Positions 30,798 to 40,421 of a stretch of DNA of 64,000 nucleotides are shown here, one piece after another. The DNA is taken from the IMG/VR virus record IMGVR_UViG_3300027418_000007; one strand, written 5' to 3'. The DNA is from an uncultured virus (IMG/VR IMGVR_UViG_3300027418_000007) (Duplodnaviria > Heunggongvirae > Uroviricota > Caudoviricetes). A program made the position numbers and the translations under genes. The notes beneath the pieces were generated by a model. It worked only from the letters and a program-made list of their open reading frames with translations, ran no database searches and was not told where the DNA came from. The first letter of the stretch is position 1; every line of letters starts with the position of its first letter.

Positions 30798-31129
30798 GTA
30801 AAACTGTAGTAGTAGAGGAAGAAATTATGCAGTGGACTCCAGAAGAAAAAAAAGAAACTTCTTCTCGTTACGGTTGTGAAATTCTTTTTGAACGTACTAA
30901 TCTTGCTCAAGTAAAAGATCCTTCTTTACCAAATGATGCTTATCTAATTCTTTATCGTGTGGATGGTGAGACTCATGTAGACTTATGTCGTGGAACTAGA
31001 GTTAAAATCTTTGATATGTACTATGATAAGTTTGGACCCGGATCGGTTCAAAAAATTGACTTTGGATACGGAAGAGTATCTCCTAGACTATGGGGATACA
31101 GGGCACCCGAAAAGAAAAGGCGAAAGTGA
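30794..31129 (+). CDS. Hypothetical protein
   Basis: GTGA overlap with the upstream stop; start codon uncertain (30779, 30794 or 30827). Confidence 0.6.
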   Translation: MSKTVVVEEEIMQWTPEEKKETSSRYGCEILFERTNLAQVKDPSLPNDAYLILYRVDGETHVDLCRGTRVKIFDMYYDKFGPGSVQKIDFGYGRVSPRLWGYRAPEKKRRK

Positions 31130-31184
31130 TTTCCTAGAAAGGCGGAAAAAAATCCCCCAAAAAATTCACCCAAAAAGGGTTTTC

Positions 31185-31222
31185 AAGAGAGGATTGACAA
31201 GTCCTCTCTTTTTTTGTATAAT
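31185..31222 (+). promoter_or_regulatory. Sigma70 promoter overlapping a terminator hairpin
   Basis: AAGAGAGGA-TTGACAAG-TCCTCTCTT plus T-run; TTGACA(31194)-N17-TATAAT(31217). Confidence 0.8.
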
Positions 31223-31243
31223 GAATTCAAAATATCAATCTAA

Positions 31244-31387
31244 ATGGATACTGAAAGATTAAAACTCATTATTCGGAATATGGAATTGCTTTTAGATTCT
31301 CTCAAGGCAGAGATATATTCTGATATACCACAATACAAGTATGATGACATTAAACCAGAGGAAATTGACTATGATGAGGTTTTTTAA
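31244..31387 (+). CDS. Small hypothetical protein (47 aa, not in ORF track)
   Basis: MDTERLKLIIRNMELLLDSLKAEIYSD..., first ORF after the promoter. Confidence 0.6.
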   Translation: MDTERLKLIIRNMELLLDSLKAEIYSDIPQYKYDDIKPEEIDYDEVF

Positions 31388-31390
31388 CTG

Positions 31391-31555
31391 ATGTCCGTAA
31401 GAGCAAAAAAACTTGTAAAACTACTAGAAAGATTGATTAGGCAAGATCACTTATATTCTAATGAAGAACTTAAGAAAATGAAATCACAACTGCGAGTTGT
31501 CAAAGAAGAACTTGCAGAATTAGAAGCAAAAACATCAAAAGGATTTGGAAAATGA
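31391..31555 (+). CDS. Small coiled-coil hypothetical protein (54 aa, not in ORF track)
   Basis: MSVRAKKLVKLLERLI...SKGFGK; stop overlaps the thyX start (ATGA). Confidence 0.6.
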   Translation: MSVRAKKLVKLLERLIRQDHLYSNEELKKMKSQLRVVKEELAELEAKTSKGFGK

Positions 31556-32307
31556 AACCAATTAAAGCAAAAGACCTTCTTGAACTTGACCGTTATATGA
31601 AAGTTGTGATGATTCGTCAGACACAACTTCCACAGACTCTTGTTTATCAGGCAGGTAAGAATGATTATAGTGAAGACCCTATTCACACTAAGTTTCCTCC
31701 TGCGGAAAAGGAATGTGGCAAATGGGTAATTGAGCAACTTCTGGCAAATGAGAGAGGGCACTGGGGACCTCTAGAGCATCCTGCCATTTCTTTGGATTGC
31801 GTTGGGTTTGTTCATAATGTAATGGTTCAGGCACGAACTCACCGTGTTGGAGTTTCTTTTGATGTTCAGTCTCAGCGTTATACCGGTCGTCGTGTATTGA
31901 AGGTTGCGACTGGTGACCTGAAACCCGAAGAGGTTTTCTATGTGCGTCCAGAAGGTCTCTATTTGGACCGTAAAGGGCACAAGTATGAATGGACGAAGGA
32001 TGACTACGAAAGGCAACTAAAGTTCTGTCTGGCGGCATCTGAGAGGTATGCTGAGGGTTATAATACTCGTGGTATGGCAGAGGAACATCTTCGTGATTAC
32101 CTTCCTCAGAATATCCGCCAGAACTTTGTGGTTTCGTTCTCTCTCCGTGCCGCACTTCACTTCCTTGACCTTCGTGCTAAACTTGATGCTCAGGTAGAAA
32201 TTCAGGCATTATGTGAAGGTATGGTTCCAGTAATGAGAGAATGGGTTCCAGAAATCTTTAGTTATTATGAGGAAAAGCGTCTACACAAAGCACGACTTTC
32301 TCCCTAA
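31552..32307 (+). CDS. thyX: Flavin-dependent thymidylate synthase
   Basis: GHWGPLEH and the ThyX signature RTHR...SFDVQSQRY; LRA...AQ.EI. Confidence 0.92.
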   Translation: MKPIKAKDLLELDRYMKVVMIRQTQLPQTLVYQAGKNDYSEDPIHTKFPPAEKECGKWVIEQLLANERGHWGPLEHPAISLDCVGFVHNVMVQARTHRVGVSFDVQSQRYTGRRVLKVATGDLKPEEVFYVRPEGLYLDRKGHKYEWTKDDYERQLKFCLAASERYAEGYNTRGMAEEHLRDYLPQNIRQNFVVSFSLRAALHFLDLRAKLDAQVEIQALCEGMVPVMREWVPEIFSYYEEKRLHKARLSP

Positions 32308-32331
32308 ATATTTTGTAAATTATTATACCTA

Positions 32332-32571
32332 ATGCCTACTTACAGATTTGAGAATACAGAAACAGGTGAAATCTTTGAGAAATGGATGCTTATGGCAGAC
32401 AAAGACCCATATCTCAAAGAAAATACTCATATCAAACCTCTTATACCAACACAAATGAATGTTGGTGAAGTGGGGGATTGGAGAAATAAACTAACCTCCA
32501 AACATCCTTCGTGGAATGATGTACTCGGACAAGCTCAGAAAATGCCCGGTTCAACTGTAAAAAAACTTTAA
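32332..32571 (+). CDS. Conserved cyanophage hypothetical protein
   Basis: MPTY...TGEIFE N-terminus; usual position upstream of phoH. Confidence 0.7.
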   Translation: MPTYRFENTETGEIFEKWMLMADKDPYLKENTHIKPLIPTQMNVGEVGDWRNKLTSKHPSWNDVLGQAQKMPGSTVKKL

Positions 32572-32577
32572 ACACTT

Positions 32578-33330
32578 ATGGCAAGAAGAAAAAGAGCAGA
32601 GCAACAAAATGATGTTGGTCTTACCACTCGTCAAGCAAAGCGTAAAAAACCGTTAAGCGGTGAATATCTAGTAGATATTGACCCACTCACTGATAATCAG
32701 AAAAAACTTTTTGATTCTTATGCGGAACAAAAACATTTAGTTGCCTATGGGTGTGCCGGTACTGGTAAAACTTTTATTACTCTTTATAATGCTCTTCGTG
32801 AGGTTTTGGATGAAAAAACACCTTACGAAAAAATCTATCTTGTCCGTTCTTTAGTTGCCACAAGAGAAATTGGATTTCTTCCTGGTTCTTATGATGATAA
32901 GTCGGATATTTACCAAATTCCTTATAAGAATATGGTAAAGTATATGTTCCAGATGCCTTCTGATGCTGAATTTGAGATGCTTTATGGCAATCTCAAGGCA
33001 CAGGAAACCATTAAGTTCTGGAGTACTTCATTCCTCAGAGGAACCACGCTTGATAATTCTATTATTATTGTGGATGAGTTCCAGAACGCAAATTTCCACG
33101 AATTATGTTCTATTATTACTCGTGTGGGTGAAAACTCCAAGATTATGTTCTGTGGAGATGCTACTCAATCTGATTTAATAAAAACAAATGAAAAAAATGG
33201 TGTAATTGATTTTATGAAAATTTTGAGAACTATGCCGTCTATTGATATAATTGAGTTTGGTATTGATGATGTGATTCGTTCAGGATTGGTTAAGGAATTT
33301 TTAATCGCCCAACACGCACTCGGATTATAA
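32578..33330 (+). CDS. phoH: PhoH-like ATPase
   Basis: G.AGTGKT, IGFLPG, FLRGTT, DEFQN, TRVGE, GD..QSD and RSGLVK motifs. Confidence 0.95.
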   Translation: MARRKRAEQQNDVGLTTRQAKRKKPLSGEYLVDIDPLTDNQKKLFDSYAEQKHLVAYGCAGTGKTFITLYNALREVLDEKTPYEKIYLVRSLVATREIGFLPGSYDDKSDIYQIPYKNMVKYMFQMPSDAEFEMLYGNLKAQETIKFWSTSFLRGTTLDNSIIIVDEFQNANFHELCSIITRVGENSKIMFCGDATQSDLIKTNEKNGVIDFMKILRTMPSIDIIEFGIDDVIRSGLVKEFLIAQHALGL

Positions 33331-33335
33331 TAATA

Positions 33336-33395
33336 TGTCTAACTCGTAGAGGTTTAGATTTATATAAATAATTATAACCTTTTATGAGTTAGACA
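33336..33395 (+). promoter_or_regulatory. Translation-control hairpin with a late promoter in its loop
   Basis: 33336-33354 pairs with 33376-33395; TATAAATA at 33363-33370; GTG start at 33396. Confidence 0.75.
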
Positions 33396-34121
33396 GTGTA
33401 TAATATTTACTTAATTACCAACCTTGATAATAATAAAAAGTATGTTGGACTAACAAAGTTTTCTATCACGGAAAGATTTTATCAACACGTAAAAAGAGGA
33501 TTTCTTCTAACTGAGGCAATCAAAAAGTACGGTGAAGATAAGTTTTTTATTGAATTGATTGAAGAAGTTGATACTGCTGGAAGAGCATATGAATTGGAGC
33601 AGTATTATATTAAAGAGTATAATACCAAAGTTCCTTATGGTTATAATTTAACTGATGGTGGCGACGGCATTTTTGGTTGGGAAGTAACCGAAGAATATCG
33701 TCAAGAATGTTCCGAAAGAGTTAAACAACTTCATAAAGAAAAAAAAGTTGGTATGTACGGTAAGAATCATAGTGATGAAACAAAAAGAAAAATGAGTGTC
33801 GCCTCAAAAGGTAAATCAAAACCTTGGTTAATTGGAAGAAAACTGAGTCCAGAATCTATTGAAAAATTGCGTCAAATAAATCTTGGTAGAGTTCTTAGTG
33901 ATGAAACTAGAAAAAAAATTAGTGAAAATCATCACGATGTAAATGGGGAAAATAATCCTATGTATGGAAAAAAGCACTCTCCAGAAACTATTGAAAAGTT
34001 AAGAGAAAAGGCAAAAAATCGTCCAAAGAGAGTTTGGATTAATAATGGTATTGAAGAAAAACTTATGAATATTGACGAATCTATACCTATGGGTTATAAT
34101 AAAGGAAGAGTGAGGTCTTAA
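33396..34121 (+). mobile_element. Free-standing GIY-YIG homing endonuclease with NUMOD3-like repeats (Seg-like)
   Basis: IYLITN...YVG, R...H, E..YI and GYN motifs; repeated HS.ETK.K(M/I)S and NPMYGKKHS. Confidence 0.88.
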
Positions 34122-34799
34122 ATGTTTAATCATCTTGATAATGTACTTCCTCAACTTGAGAGAGCAACAATTGATGGGGTCCGATATTACAGCATCCCAG
34201 ATGGAGACCAACTACTCAAGATGGTCTCCATCACCTCAGTAACCAGTCATTTTAATAAGGAAATCTTTGTCAAGTGGCGTAAGAGAGTTGGTGTAGAAGA
34301 GGCAGATAAAATCACCAAGGCAGCAACCAGTCGTGGAACTGATATGCACACTCTGGTTGAGAACTATCTTTATAATAGAGAGCTTCCTCCGGTTCAACCC
34401 ATATCAGATTTTCTTTTTAAGATTGCTAAAACTGAACTGAATAAAATTGATAATATTTACTGCCTAGAAGGTGCTTTGTATAGTAAGCAACTTGGTGTGG
34501 CAGGAACAACTGACTGTATTGCCGAGTTTGATGGAGAACTTGCGGTTATAGACTTCAAGACTTCTAAAAAACCCAAACCCAGAGAATGGATTGAGAATTA
34601 TTTCGTTCAGGCGATGTTCTATGGAATGGCACTTTATGAGATGACAGATATTCCGATTAAGAAACTAGTAATCATTATGGCATGTGAGAATGGTGAATGT
34701 GTGGTGTACGAAGAAAGAGACCTAAACAAGTATATGAAACTTGTGGTCCAATACATCAAAAAGTTTGTGAACGATAAACTAGAACATATGTCTACTTGA
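34122..34799 (+). CDS. PD-(D/E)XK exonuclease (Cas4-like cyanophage exonuclease)
   Basis: SITSV, RGT.MH, AGTTDCIA, IDFKTS and Q...Y motifs. Confidence 0.85.
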   Translation: MFNHLDNVLPQLERATIDGVRYYSIPDGDQLLKMVSITSVTSHFNKEIFVKWRKRVGVEEADKITKAATSRGTDMHTLVENYLYNRELPPVQPISDFLFKIAKTELNKIDNIYCLEGALYSKQLGVAGTTDCIAEFDGELAVIDFKTSKKPKPREWIENYFVQAMFYGMALYEMTDIPIKKLVIIMACENGECVVYEERDLNKYMKLVVQYIKKFVNDKLEHMST

Positions 34800-34824
34800 C
34801 TAATTGATTATTATATCTTATAAT
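34796..34824 (+). promoter_or_regulatory. Sigma70-type promoter
   Basis: TTGACT-N17-TATAAT upstream of gp33. Confidence 0.7.
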
Positions 34825-34845
34825 ACATATTATTACTGCTAAACT

Positions 34846-35160
34846 ATGACAAACATACTAGCGACATTCCTAGAGATTAATATAGAAGATATGGAATCAC
34901 CCGAATCAAACAAAGAATTAGAGCAGGCAATAGAAGATAAGTTTCTTACACCTTCCAAGTTTGCCCTAGAAATAGAAAAAATAGTTGCGGAAGAAAACTG
35001 TAATTATATTGATGCCATTTGCCATTATTGTGAAATTAATAGTATTGATATTGAATCAGTCACCAAACTAGTTTCCAAACCTCTTAAAGAAAGATTGAAG
35101 TATGATGCTATTAATTTGAATTTTATGAAAAGAGTCTCTAAAGCGAAATTGCCTATCTGA
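34846..35160 (+). CDS. gp33: Late transcription coactivator gp33
   Basis: F..EIEKIV....YIDAI.HYCE...IES...L.SKPLKE motif; synteny with gp59 and gp32. Confidence 0.85.
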   Translation: MTNILATFLEINIEDMESPESNKELEQAIEDKFLTPSKFALEIEKIVAEENCNYIDAICHYCEINSIDIESVTKLVSKPLKERLKYDAINLNFMKRVSKAKLPI

Positions 35161-35747
35161 TGTCACCCTTTGAAACTTATCAGGCTTATTTGGGCATTAA
35201 GAATCACTTTTCTAATCCCAAATATGATTACTTTAAATATAAAAAGACAAGAGCAACACTAACTTCGTTTAATAAAAGAAAGGACCGGTATTTTTTCGAG
35301 AAAACAAGTCGTAAGTACCAAGATAAAGAAATAGTAGATTTTCTAGTATCAAATTTTGTAGCAGCAGATAGTACAAGTAATTTATGGATTGGAGAAATTA
35401 TAAATTCTGGAGAAAGAACCTACCAAGAATGGATGAAAAGACAGCAGAGTCTGACTTACTTATTCAAGGAGCAATCGACCGAATTGTTCTCTCAGACAAA
35501 ATTAGAGAATGTTTTCGACTGCTCGAAAGGTCATCCAATTCTTCTCAAAACATTTCTAAAAAGTGAATTGGCACCTGAAATAATGGTAATCTATGATACA
35601 ATATTCTCGTATATTAGTGAGTTTGACAAGAAACTTCTGGACCCAGTATGGGAAACCGTAAGTTTGAAAATTCGGAAATATAAACCCTTTATACATACTG
35701 ATATATTCCAGTACAAAAAACTTTTACGGGACATTATAAATGAGTAG
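35160..35747 (+). CDS. gp59: Helicase loader gp59
   Basis: Y..YLGIKNHF...YDYFKY and F.KRKDRYFFEK motifs. Confidence 0.88.
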   Translation: MSPFETYQAYLGIKNHFSNPKYDYFKYKKTRATLTSFNKRKDRYFFEKTSRKYQDKEIVDFLVSNFVAADSTSNLWIGEIINSGERTYQEWMKRQQSLTYLFKEQSTELFSQTKLENVFDCSKGHPILLKTFLKSELAPEIMVIYDTIFSYISEFDKKLLDPVWETVSLKIRKYKPFIHTDIFQYKKLLRDIINE

Positions 35748-36069
35748 TTTTTTTGATTCTGATATTATTCAGGATGAACTAAAAGAAATCAATCAACTTC
35801 AAGAGTTTATATACAATAGTATTTTAACTTTTGGTATGATGCCTCGTGAAGATAAACTGGAACATATTGATAAAATGACAATACTGCTTGAAAAGCAGCG
35901 TATTATGTACACAAGACTTTCTCTTTCTGATGACCCTCAGGCAATTGAGATGAAAGAGAATCTGAGAAGGTCAGTTGCTCTGATGGGATTTCCACCAGAG
36001 ACTGATATGAATATTCTTTTCAGCAGTATGACAAAAACAATTGAGTCACTCAAAAAGTACCTTGACTAA
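35740..36069 (+). CDS. Conserved cyanophage protein (DUF1825-like)
   Basis: FF.S.I.Q.EL and KQRIMYTRLSLSDDP.A motifs. Confidence 0.7.
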   Translation: MSSFFDSDIIQDELKEINQLQEFIYNSILTFGMMPREDKLEHIDKMTILLEKQRIMYTRLSLSDDPQAIEMKENLRRSVALMGFPPETDMNILFSSMTKTIESLKKYLD

Positions 36070-36090
36070 TGAGTGATTTTTTGCTATAAT
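36062..36090 (+). promoter_or_regulatory. Sigma70-type promoter for gp32
   Basis: TTGACT-N17-TATAAT with a TGn extended -10. Confidence 0.75.
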
Positions 36091-36131
36091 ATCTAAGTAA
36101 TCCAACAATCTAAACTATCCTAAAAAATCTT

Positions 36132-37043
36132 ATGTCTTTTTCAGACCTAAAAAAGCAATCTAAACTTGGTTCTCTCACCGAAAAACTGGTGAAAGAAGTT
36201 GAAAAAATGAATAATTCTGGTAATTCTTCTGATGACCGTTTGTGGAAATTGGAATGTGACAAAGCAAATAATGGTTATGCCGTTATTCGTTTCCTTCCTG
36301 CTCCTGATGGTGAAGACTTGCCATTCGTCAAAGTCTATTCTCACGCCTTTCAGGGACCCGGTGGTTGGTTGATTGACTCGTGCCTAACTACTCTCAACCA
36401 GAAGTGCCCCGTATGTGAGCACAACGGTCAATTGTGGAACTCTGGTATAGACTCCAATAAGGAAGTTGCCCGTAAGCAGAAGCGTAAACTGACTTATATG
36501 AGTAATATCTATGTTGTCAAGGACCCTGCTAATCCTGATAATGAGGGTAAAGTCTTCCTCTTCAAGTATGGTAAGAAAATCTTTGACAAACTCACGGAAG
36601 CAATGCAACCTGAGTTTGAAGATGAAACTGCCATCGATCCGTTTGATTTCTGGACTGGTGCCAATTTCAAACTGAAGGCAAAGAGTGTTGCCGGTTATAG
36701 AAACTATGATTCCAGTGAATTTGCCTCTCAGGGCGCTTTGTTGAATGATGATGATGCTATGGAAGCAATTTGGAAGAAGCAGTTTTCTCTTTCTGAGTTT
36801 GTTTCTCCTGACCAATTCAAGTCTTATGAAGAAATGAAGAAGCGTCTTGAAGTTGCCTTAGGCGGAAAGTCTGCTCGTATTGATTCTGAAGTTGAGGATG
36901 AGGACAACTATCGTGGTCCTGCTCCTTCTCTGACTGAAGATTTGCGTACTGAACTTAGCAACCTGAAACCGACTCGTTCTGTTGCGGTTGATGATGATGA
37001 AGATGATGAATCCTTATCATATTTTGCTCGCCTAGCGGAATAA
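36132..37043 (+). CDS. gp32: Single-stranded DNA-binding protein gp32
   Basis: NGYAVIRFLP, zinc ligands H/C..CPVC, YGKKIFDK, NYD.S.F and an acidic tail. Confidence 0.95.
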   Translation: MSFSDLKKQSKLGSLTEKLVKEVEKMNNSGNSSDDRLWKLECDKANNGYAVIRFLPAPDGEDLPFVKVYSHAFQGPGGWLIDSCLTTLNQKCPVCEHNGQLWNSGIDSNKEVARKQKRKLTYMSNIYVVKDPANPDNEGKVFLFKYGKKIFDKLTEAMQPEFEDETAIDPFDFWTGANFKLKAKSVAGYRNYDSSEFASQGALLNDDDAMEAIWKKQFSLSEFVSPDQFKSYEEMKKRLEVALGGKSARIDSEVEDEDNYRGPAPSLTEDLRTELSNLKPTRSVAVDDDEDDESLSYFARLAE

Positions 37044-37050
37044 TAAGGTA

Positions 37051-37076
37051 AAGGGGAGAGAAATCTCCTCTTTTTT
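37051..37076 (+). terminator. Intrinsic terminator between convergent gp32 and gp53
   Basis: GGGGAGA-GAAA-TCTCCTC-T6, nearly identical to the 29448 terminator. Confidence 0.85.
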
Positions 37077-37722
37077 ATGGCATCGTGACTCTTGTGTTTT
37101 CGGTGCGAATTAATTTATCATTTACATATTGCGATGATTTATCATAAGTCATCGCTTTTCTTGTATCATTAATAACCTGCTGAAGATATGCAGGTTTGAG
37201 AACATAAATGTCTCTTTTTTTATCATTTTTTCTGACTTCATATTCATAGTTACTAATACCAACAACAGGATTTAGAGTTTGTACGGGAATATTAGGGTCT
37301 GGGATAGTAAAAGTAGAATCTACGATTTTACCTGCCGGAAGTATGAGTCTTCCTCTAGAATCTTTGACTTCTATCGTTTCGTAATGATGAACTGCGTTTA
37401 TGTCATTTCCGTATAATTGTTCTGAGTATCTATAGATGTCTCTATCAGAAAGAGGCCATTCATTTCTTACATTTATAATATTGGCACCAATCAATACGAC
37501 CCAATCATACTGAGAACTTCCATAAAGTTCTTCGGCAACCGTATCAGGTCTTGCTCCTTCTTGGATTTCATACTTATTGAATATGGTAAAAACATTTTGT
37601 AAGTCATCACGAAGTTTAACTCTACGAAATACATTTTTTACCAATAAGTATTCATCGGAACCTTTACTACTGGATAAGAATGACTGGTATTCTAAGTTTG
37701 GAAGTTCTCTGAAGTAAGACAT
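37075..37722 (-). CDS. gp53: Baseplate wedge protein gp53
   Basis: YF..LP, RPDTVA..LYG....DWVVL..ANI, WP, HHYET and NYEYE...N motifs. Confidence 0.88.
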   Translation of the reverse strand: MSYFRELPNLEYQSFLSSSKGSDEYLLVKNVFRRVKLRDDLQNVFTIFNKYEIQEGARPDTVAEELYGSSQYDWVVLIGANIINVRNEWPLSDRDIYRYSEQLYGNDINAVHHYETIEVKDSRGRLILPAGKIVDSTFTIPDPNIPVQTLNPVVGISNYEYEVRKNDKKRDIYVLKPAYLQQVINDTRKAMTYDKSSQYVNDKLIRTENTRVTMP

Positions 37723-38732
37723 TAGAATCCTGTTCCTTTTATAGTGGACTTATAATCACCGGTTGGTGACCCTGCTTCAATATAATCCTCACGATAGATT
37801 GGCGTGAGTTCTTGGAATGTTAGAGTCATATTCATATGAACCGGTGTGGCATCAGAATATGTGGCATATGTTCCTGAAGCAGTATAATTGACTGACATAG
37901 CATTCAAGGCACATATCTTAAATTGATTCAAGAATGGATGCGGTTTTCCACCACTCATATACCGAAGTCTAAACACACTTGGAGATTTGAGGAATAATCC
38001 GGCAGCACCATCACTTGCTGCTCCTTTTTGTGCCGCAGATTCAGACTTAAAGAATCTGATAATATCTTTGATTTCATCCGATTCTTTTTTAGAACGAGGA
38101 ACTAAATCAAATGAAAATGAAAATCCACTTCTTAGTGTTACTCCACTAAAAAGAAGTTCCGTATTTGAGTTAAAAACTGCTCCGGTTGCTCTGGAAAGAT
38201 TTTGATTGAAGTCTGAACCTCCAAGTAGTGCCTTTGCTGCCTGACTAGCAAAAAATGCTTGTACTGTATCTTGCCCAATCGCCGTTTGTGATGCCCCACT
38301 AGCTTTACCAATTAGATTGCTAACTGCACCTACTGTACTCTTAAAAAAGTTTCCGCCCTCAATTATTTCTTTTCCTGCCCCCAGTATCGCAGTTTGTAGG
38401 GGTCCCATATCACCAGGACCCCAACCTGCACTATTACTATCCTGAATACCTTCTGGAATTGGTAATATTACGGTTCCTTTGATGTTTTTTGCTCCATACC
38501 CACCTTCCGCAACAACATCATCAGAACTTCTTTGTGCAAAATTCGTCTCACCAAGACTCAATCCCGGTGGAAGATACTCATAAGATTCAATCTGCAGATA
38601 ATCATCGGACTTATCAATATTCTTTAATGGATAGCGAAATATTTTTGATGATGGTGCTCTATTTGCCGCTGCTTTATATCCACCAATAATGGCATTCTGA
38701 GTGGCTGATGATATTGGAGTTGAAAAAGCCAT
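37722..38732 (-). CDS. gp48: Baseplate tail-tube cap gp48
   Basis: RYP, I.LPIP, N.N.ELLF.G..LR.F.F.F.L.PRS..E and M.LTFQE motifs; synteny. Confidence 0.8.
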   Translation of the reverse strand: MAFSTPISSATQNAIIGGYKAAANRAPSSKIFRYPLKNIDKSDDYLQIESYEYLPPGLSLGETNFAQRSSDDVVAEGGYGAKNIKGTVILPIPEGIQDSNSAGWGPGDMGPLQTAILGAGKEIIEGGNFFKSTVGAVSNLIGKASGASQTAIGQDTVQAFFASQAAKALLGGSDFNQNLSRATGAVFNSNTELLFSGVTLRSGFSFSFDLVPRSKKESDEIKDIIRFFKSESAAQKGAASDGAAGLFLKSPSVFRLRYMSGGKPHPFLNQFKICALNAMSVNYTASGTYATYSDATPVHMNMTLTFQELTPIYREDYIEAGSPTGDYKSTIKGTGF

Positions 38733-38741
38733 TTATAGTTT

Positions 38742-39089
38742 TTAGTTATTTATCTTGATTTGTCCGAAAGGTATTCTTCTCAAATCACCGACTTCATTTT
38801 TATCCACAATATGTAGAGGTCCAATCACTTCTTCAAGGGTATATTGACGCCGTTTTTCCCAGTGGTAGTTAATGCCACTAAACCCCCAGGAATAAACATT
38901 TGTAACGGCAACCAAAGGATGAGCATCATACCTTACACGAGGAGTCTTTGGTCTATAAACAAAAGTGTAAAATTTACCTACCTCTGGAGAACTAGTAGTT
39001 TCTTTTAGTACATCAAGTATTTCCAACATCAAATCATCCGCATCTTCTGTTCCGTATAATTTTTTAAGTAGGGGTTTGATGCGGTTCAT
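38742..39089 (-). CDS. gp2-like (DNA end protector-related) short protein
   Basis: GKFYTFVY.PKT...YD.HPLV......GF.GINYH; adjacent to gp4. Confidence 0.55.
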   Translation of the reverse strand: MNRIKPLLKKLYGTEDADDLMLEILDVLKETTSSPEVGKFYTFVYRPKTPRVRYDAHPLVAVTNVYSWGFSGINYHWEKRRQYTLEEVIGPLHIVDKNEVGDLRRIPFGQIKINN

Positions 39090-39529
39090 TTTTTGGCAAT
39101 ACCTAATTCGTATTCTGTAATTACCTTAAAAATCCATCCTCTGTCCTTACAATATTCCCTTGCTGCCTCCCATTTTGATTGATTCTTAGCATACTCATAT
39201 GCCTCATAGATATATCCTTTGGTCTGCCTTTTTGGTTTGGGTGGTGGCATCGTTTGTTTATGAGGTTTAATCTCAATCAAATATTTCTTAATACTTCCAT
39301 CGGGTTCTTTGACTTTTATATAAGCATCAGGAAAATATCTATGAATACGACCATCTACCGGAGAACGATAGGGGATGGCAAGTTCTTCGGAGGCATACTC
39401 CAAAATATTTACATTCGTATCACAATATTTCAGAAACTTCAATTCCCATAGAGACCTGTATATAATATTAGTAGGGTCGCCAACATATTTTTCTGGAAAT
39501 GATGGTTTAAATTTTCCCTTATAAGACAT
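39086..39529 (-). CDS. gp4: Head completion nuclease gp4
   Basis: Y.GKF.P..P.KY.GD, YRSLWE, HRYFPD, EIKP, N..KW.AA and ITE motifs. Confidence 0.9.
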   Translation of the reverse strand: MSYKGKFKPSFPEKYVGDPTNIIYRSLWELKFLKYCDTNVNILEYASEELAIPYRSPVDGRIHRYFPDAYIKVKEPDGSIKKYLIEIKPHKQTMPPPKPKRQTKGYIYEAYEYAKNQSKWEAAREYCKDRGWIFKVITEYELGIAKK

Positions 39530-39569
39530 CTAAATACTTATACTAATAAGACTCATAAAGGTATTTAGA
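39529..39569. promoter_or_regulatory. Pair of opposed late promoters for the divergent operons
   Basis: TCTAAATA on + at 39529 and its reverse complement TATTTAGA at 39562. Confidence 0.65.
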
Positions 39570-40385
39570 GTGCCTAGTATCCGCAGAATATCCGACTTTA
39601 AACCACTCTTCACGAATCTTGCACAGACTTCTCATTATGAAGTAAGATTTGGTGGTGTAGGACCTCTTGGGGGACCACTAATGGCATATCTTTTTCGTAA
39701 AGGAATTAGTCAAAGATTTATTGCCGAAGATGCTGGATTACTTTGTTTTTCGGCATCTCTTCCAACTACTTCTTTGGCAACTGCTAATGTTAGTGGGAAC
39801 TTTATGGGTATAACGGAGAAGTTTGCACACACCAGACAATATATTCCAATCAGTCTAGAATTTTATGTAGATAAAAATTATAATGCTCTTAAATTTATGG
39901 AAAGTTGGATGGAGTTTATTGCAAGTGGTTCCAATAATCCAATTGGAAGTAGTCTTGCTCCAATAGGGCAGAATCGTAAGGATTATATCTCTAGAATGCA
40001 ATATCCAGAATATTATAAATCTGATAGAACTACAATCACAAAGTTTGATAGAGATTATAATAGAGAAATAGAATATACTTTTATTGGACTATTTCCATCG
40101 GCAATGTCATCAATTCCAGTAAGTTATAGTTCATCAGATATTCTTAAGATGTCGGTGACTTTTGAGTATGATCGTTATATTGCAGGTAAATCATTAAGTT
40201 TGAATGAAATTATTGGCAATAATAATAATCAAATCAATAATCAAATCAATAATAATAATCAAAGCAATAATCAAAGCAATAATCAAAGAGTTGTTTATAG
40301 AACTGGACAATCTCTTGGTGAAAGTGGAGTAAGAGGTACAATTCCAAATCAAGGAAGTGTGTTTCCTACGATTTTAAATAATTGA
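39570..40385 (+). CDS. Tail-tube-fold baseplate protein (gp54/gp19-like)
   Basis: LLC..ASLP...LAT, LEFYVD..Y....F.E.W, FP......VSY and VTF.Y motifs; N/Q-rich tail. Confidence 0.7.
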   Translation: MPSIRRISDFKPLFTNLAQTSHYEVRFGGVGPLGGPLMAYLFRKGISQRFIAEDAGLLCFSASLPTTSLATANVSGNFMGITEKFAHTRQYIPISLEFYVDKNYNALKFMESWMEFIASGSNNPIGSSLAPIGQNRKDYISRMQYPEYYKSDRTTITKFDRDYNREIEYTFIGLFPSAMSSIPVSYSSSDILKMSVTFEYDRYIAGKSLSLNEIIGNNNNQINNQINNNNQSNNQSNNQRVVYRTGQSLGESGVRGTIPNQGSVFPTILNN

Positions 40386-40421
40386 CCTAAATATCCTTAA
40401 TGAAGTTTTTATTCAAGTATT

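Noticed and set aside
31141..31184. Homopolymer A/C tracts as a frameshift site or bent DNA
   Set aside because: Intergenic, and the A-tracts are about 13 nt apart, not helically phased; at most an UP-like element.
34122..34799. Cas4 as part of a CRISPR-Cas system
   Set aside because: Core cyanophage exonuclease in its usual phoH-gp33 context; no array or other cas genes.
40218..40288. AATAATCAAA-type microrepeat
   Set aside because: In-frame N/Q low-complexity linker in a variable C-terminal tail; no evidence of a separate function.
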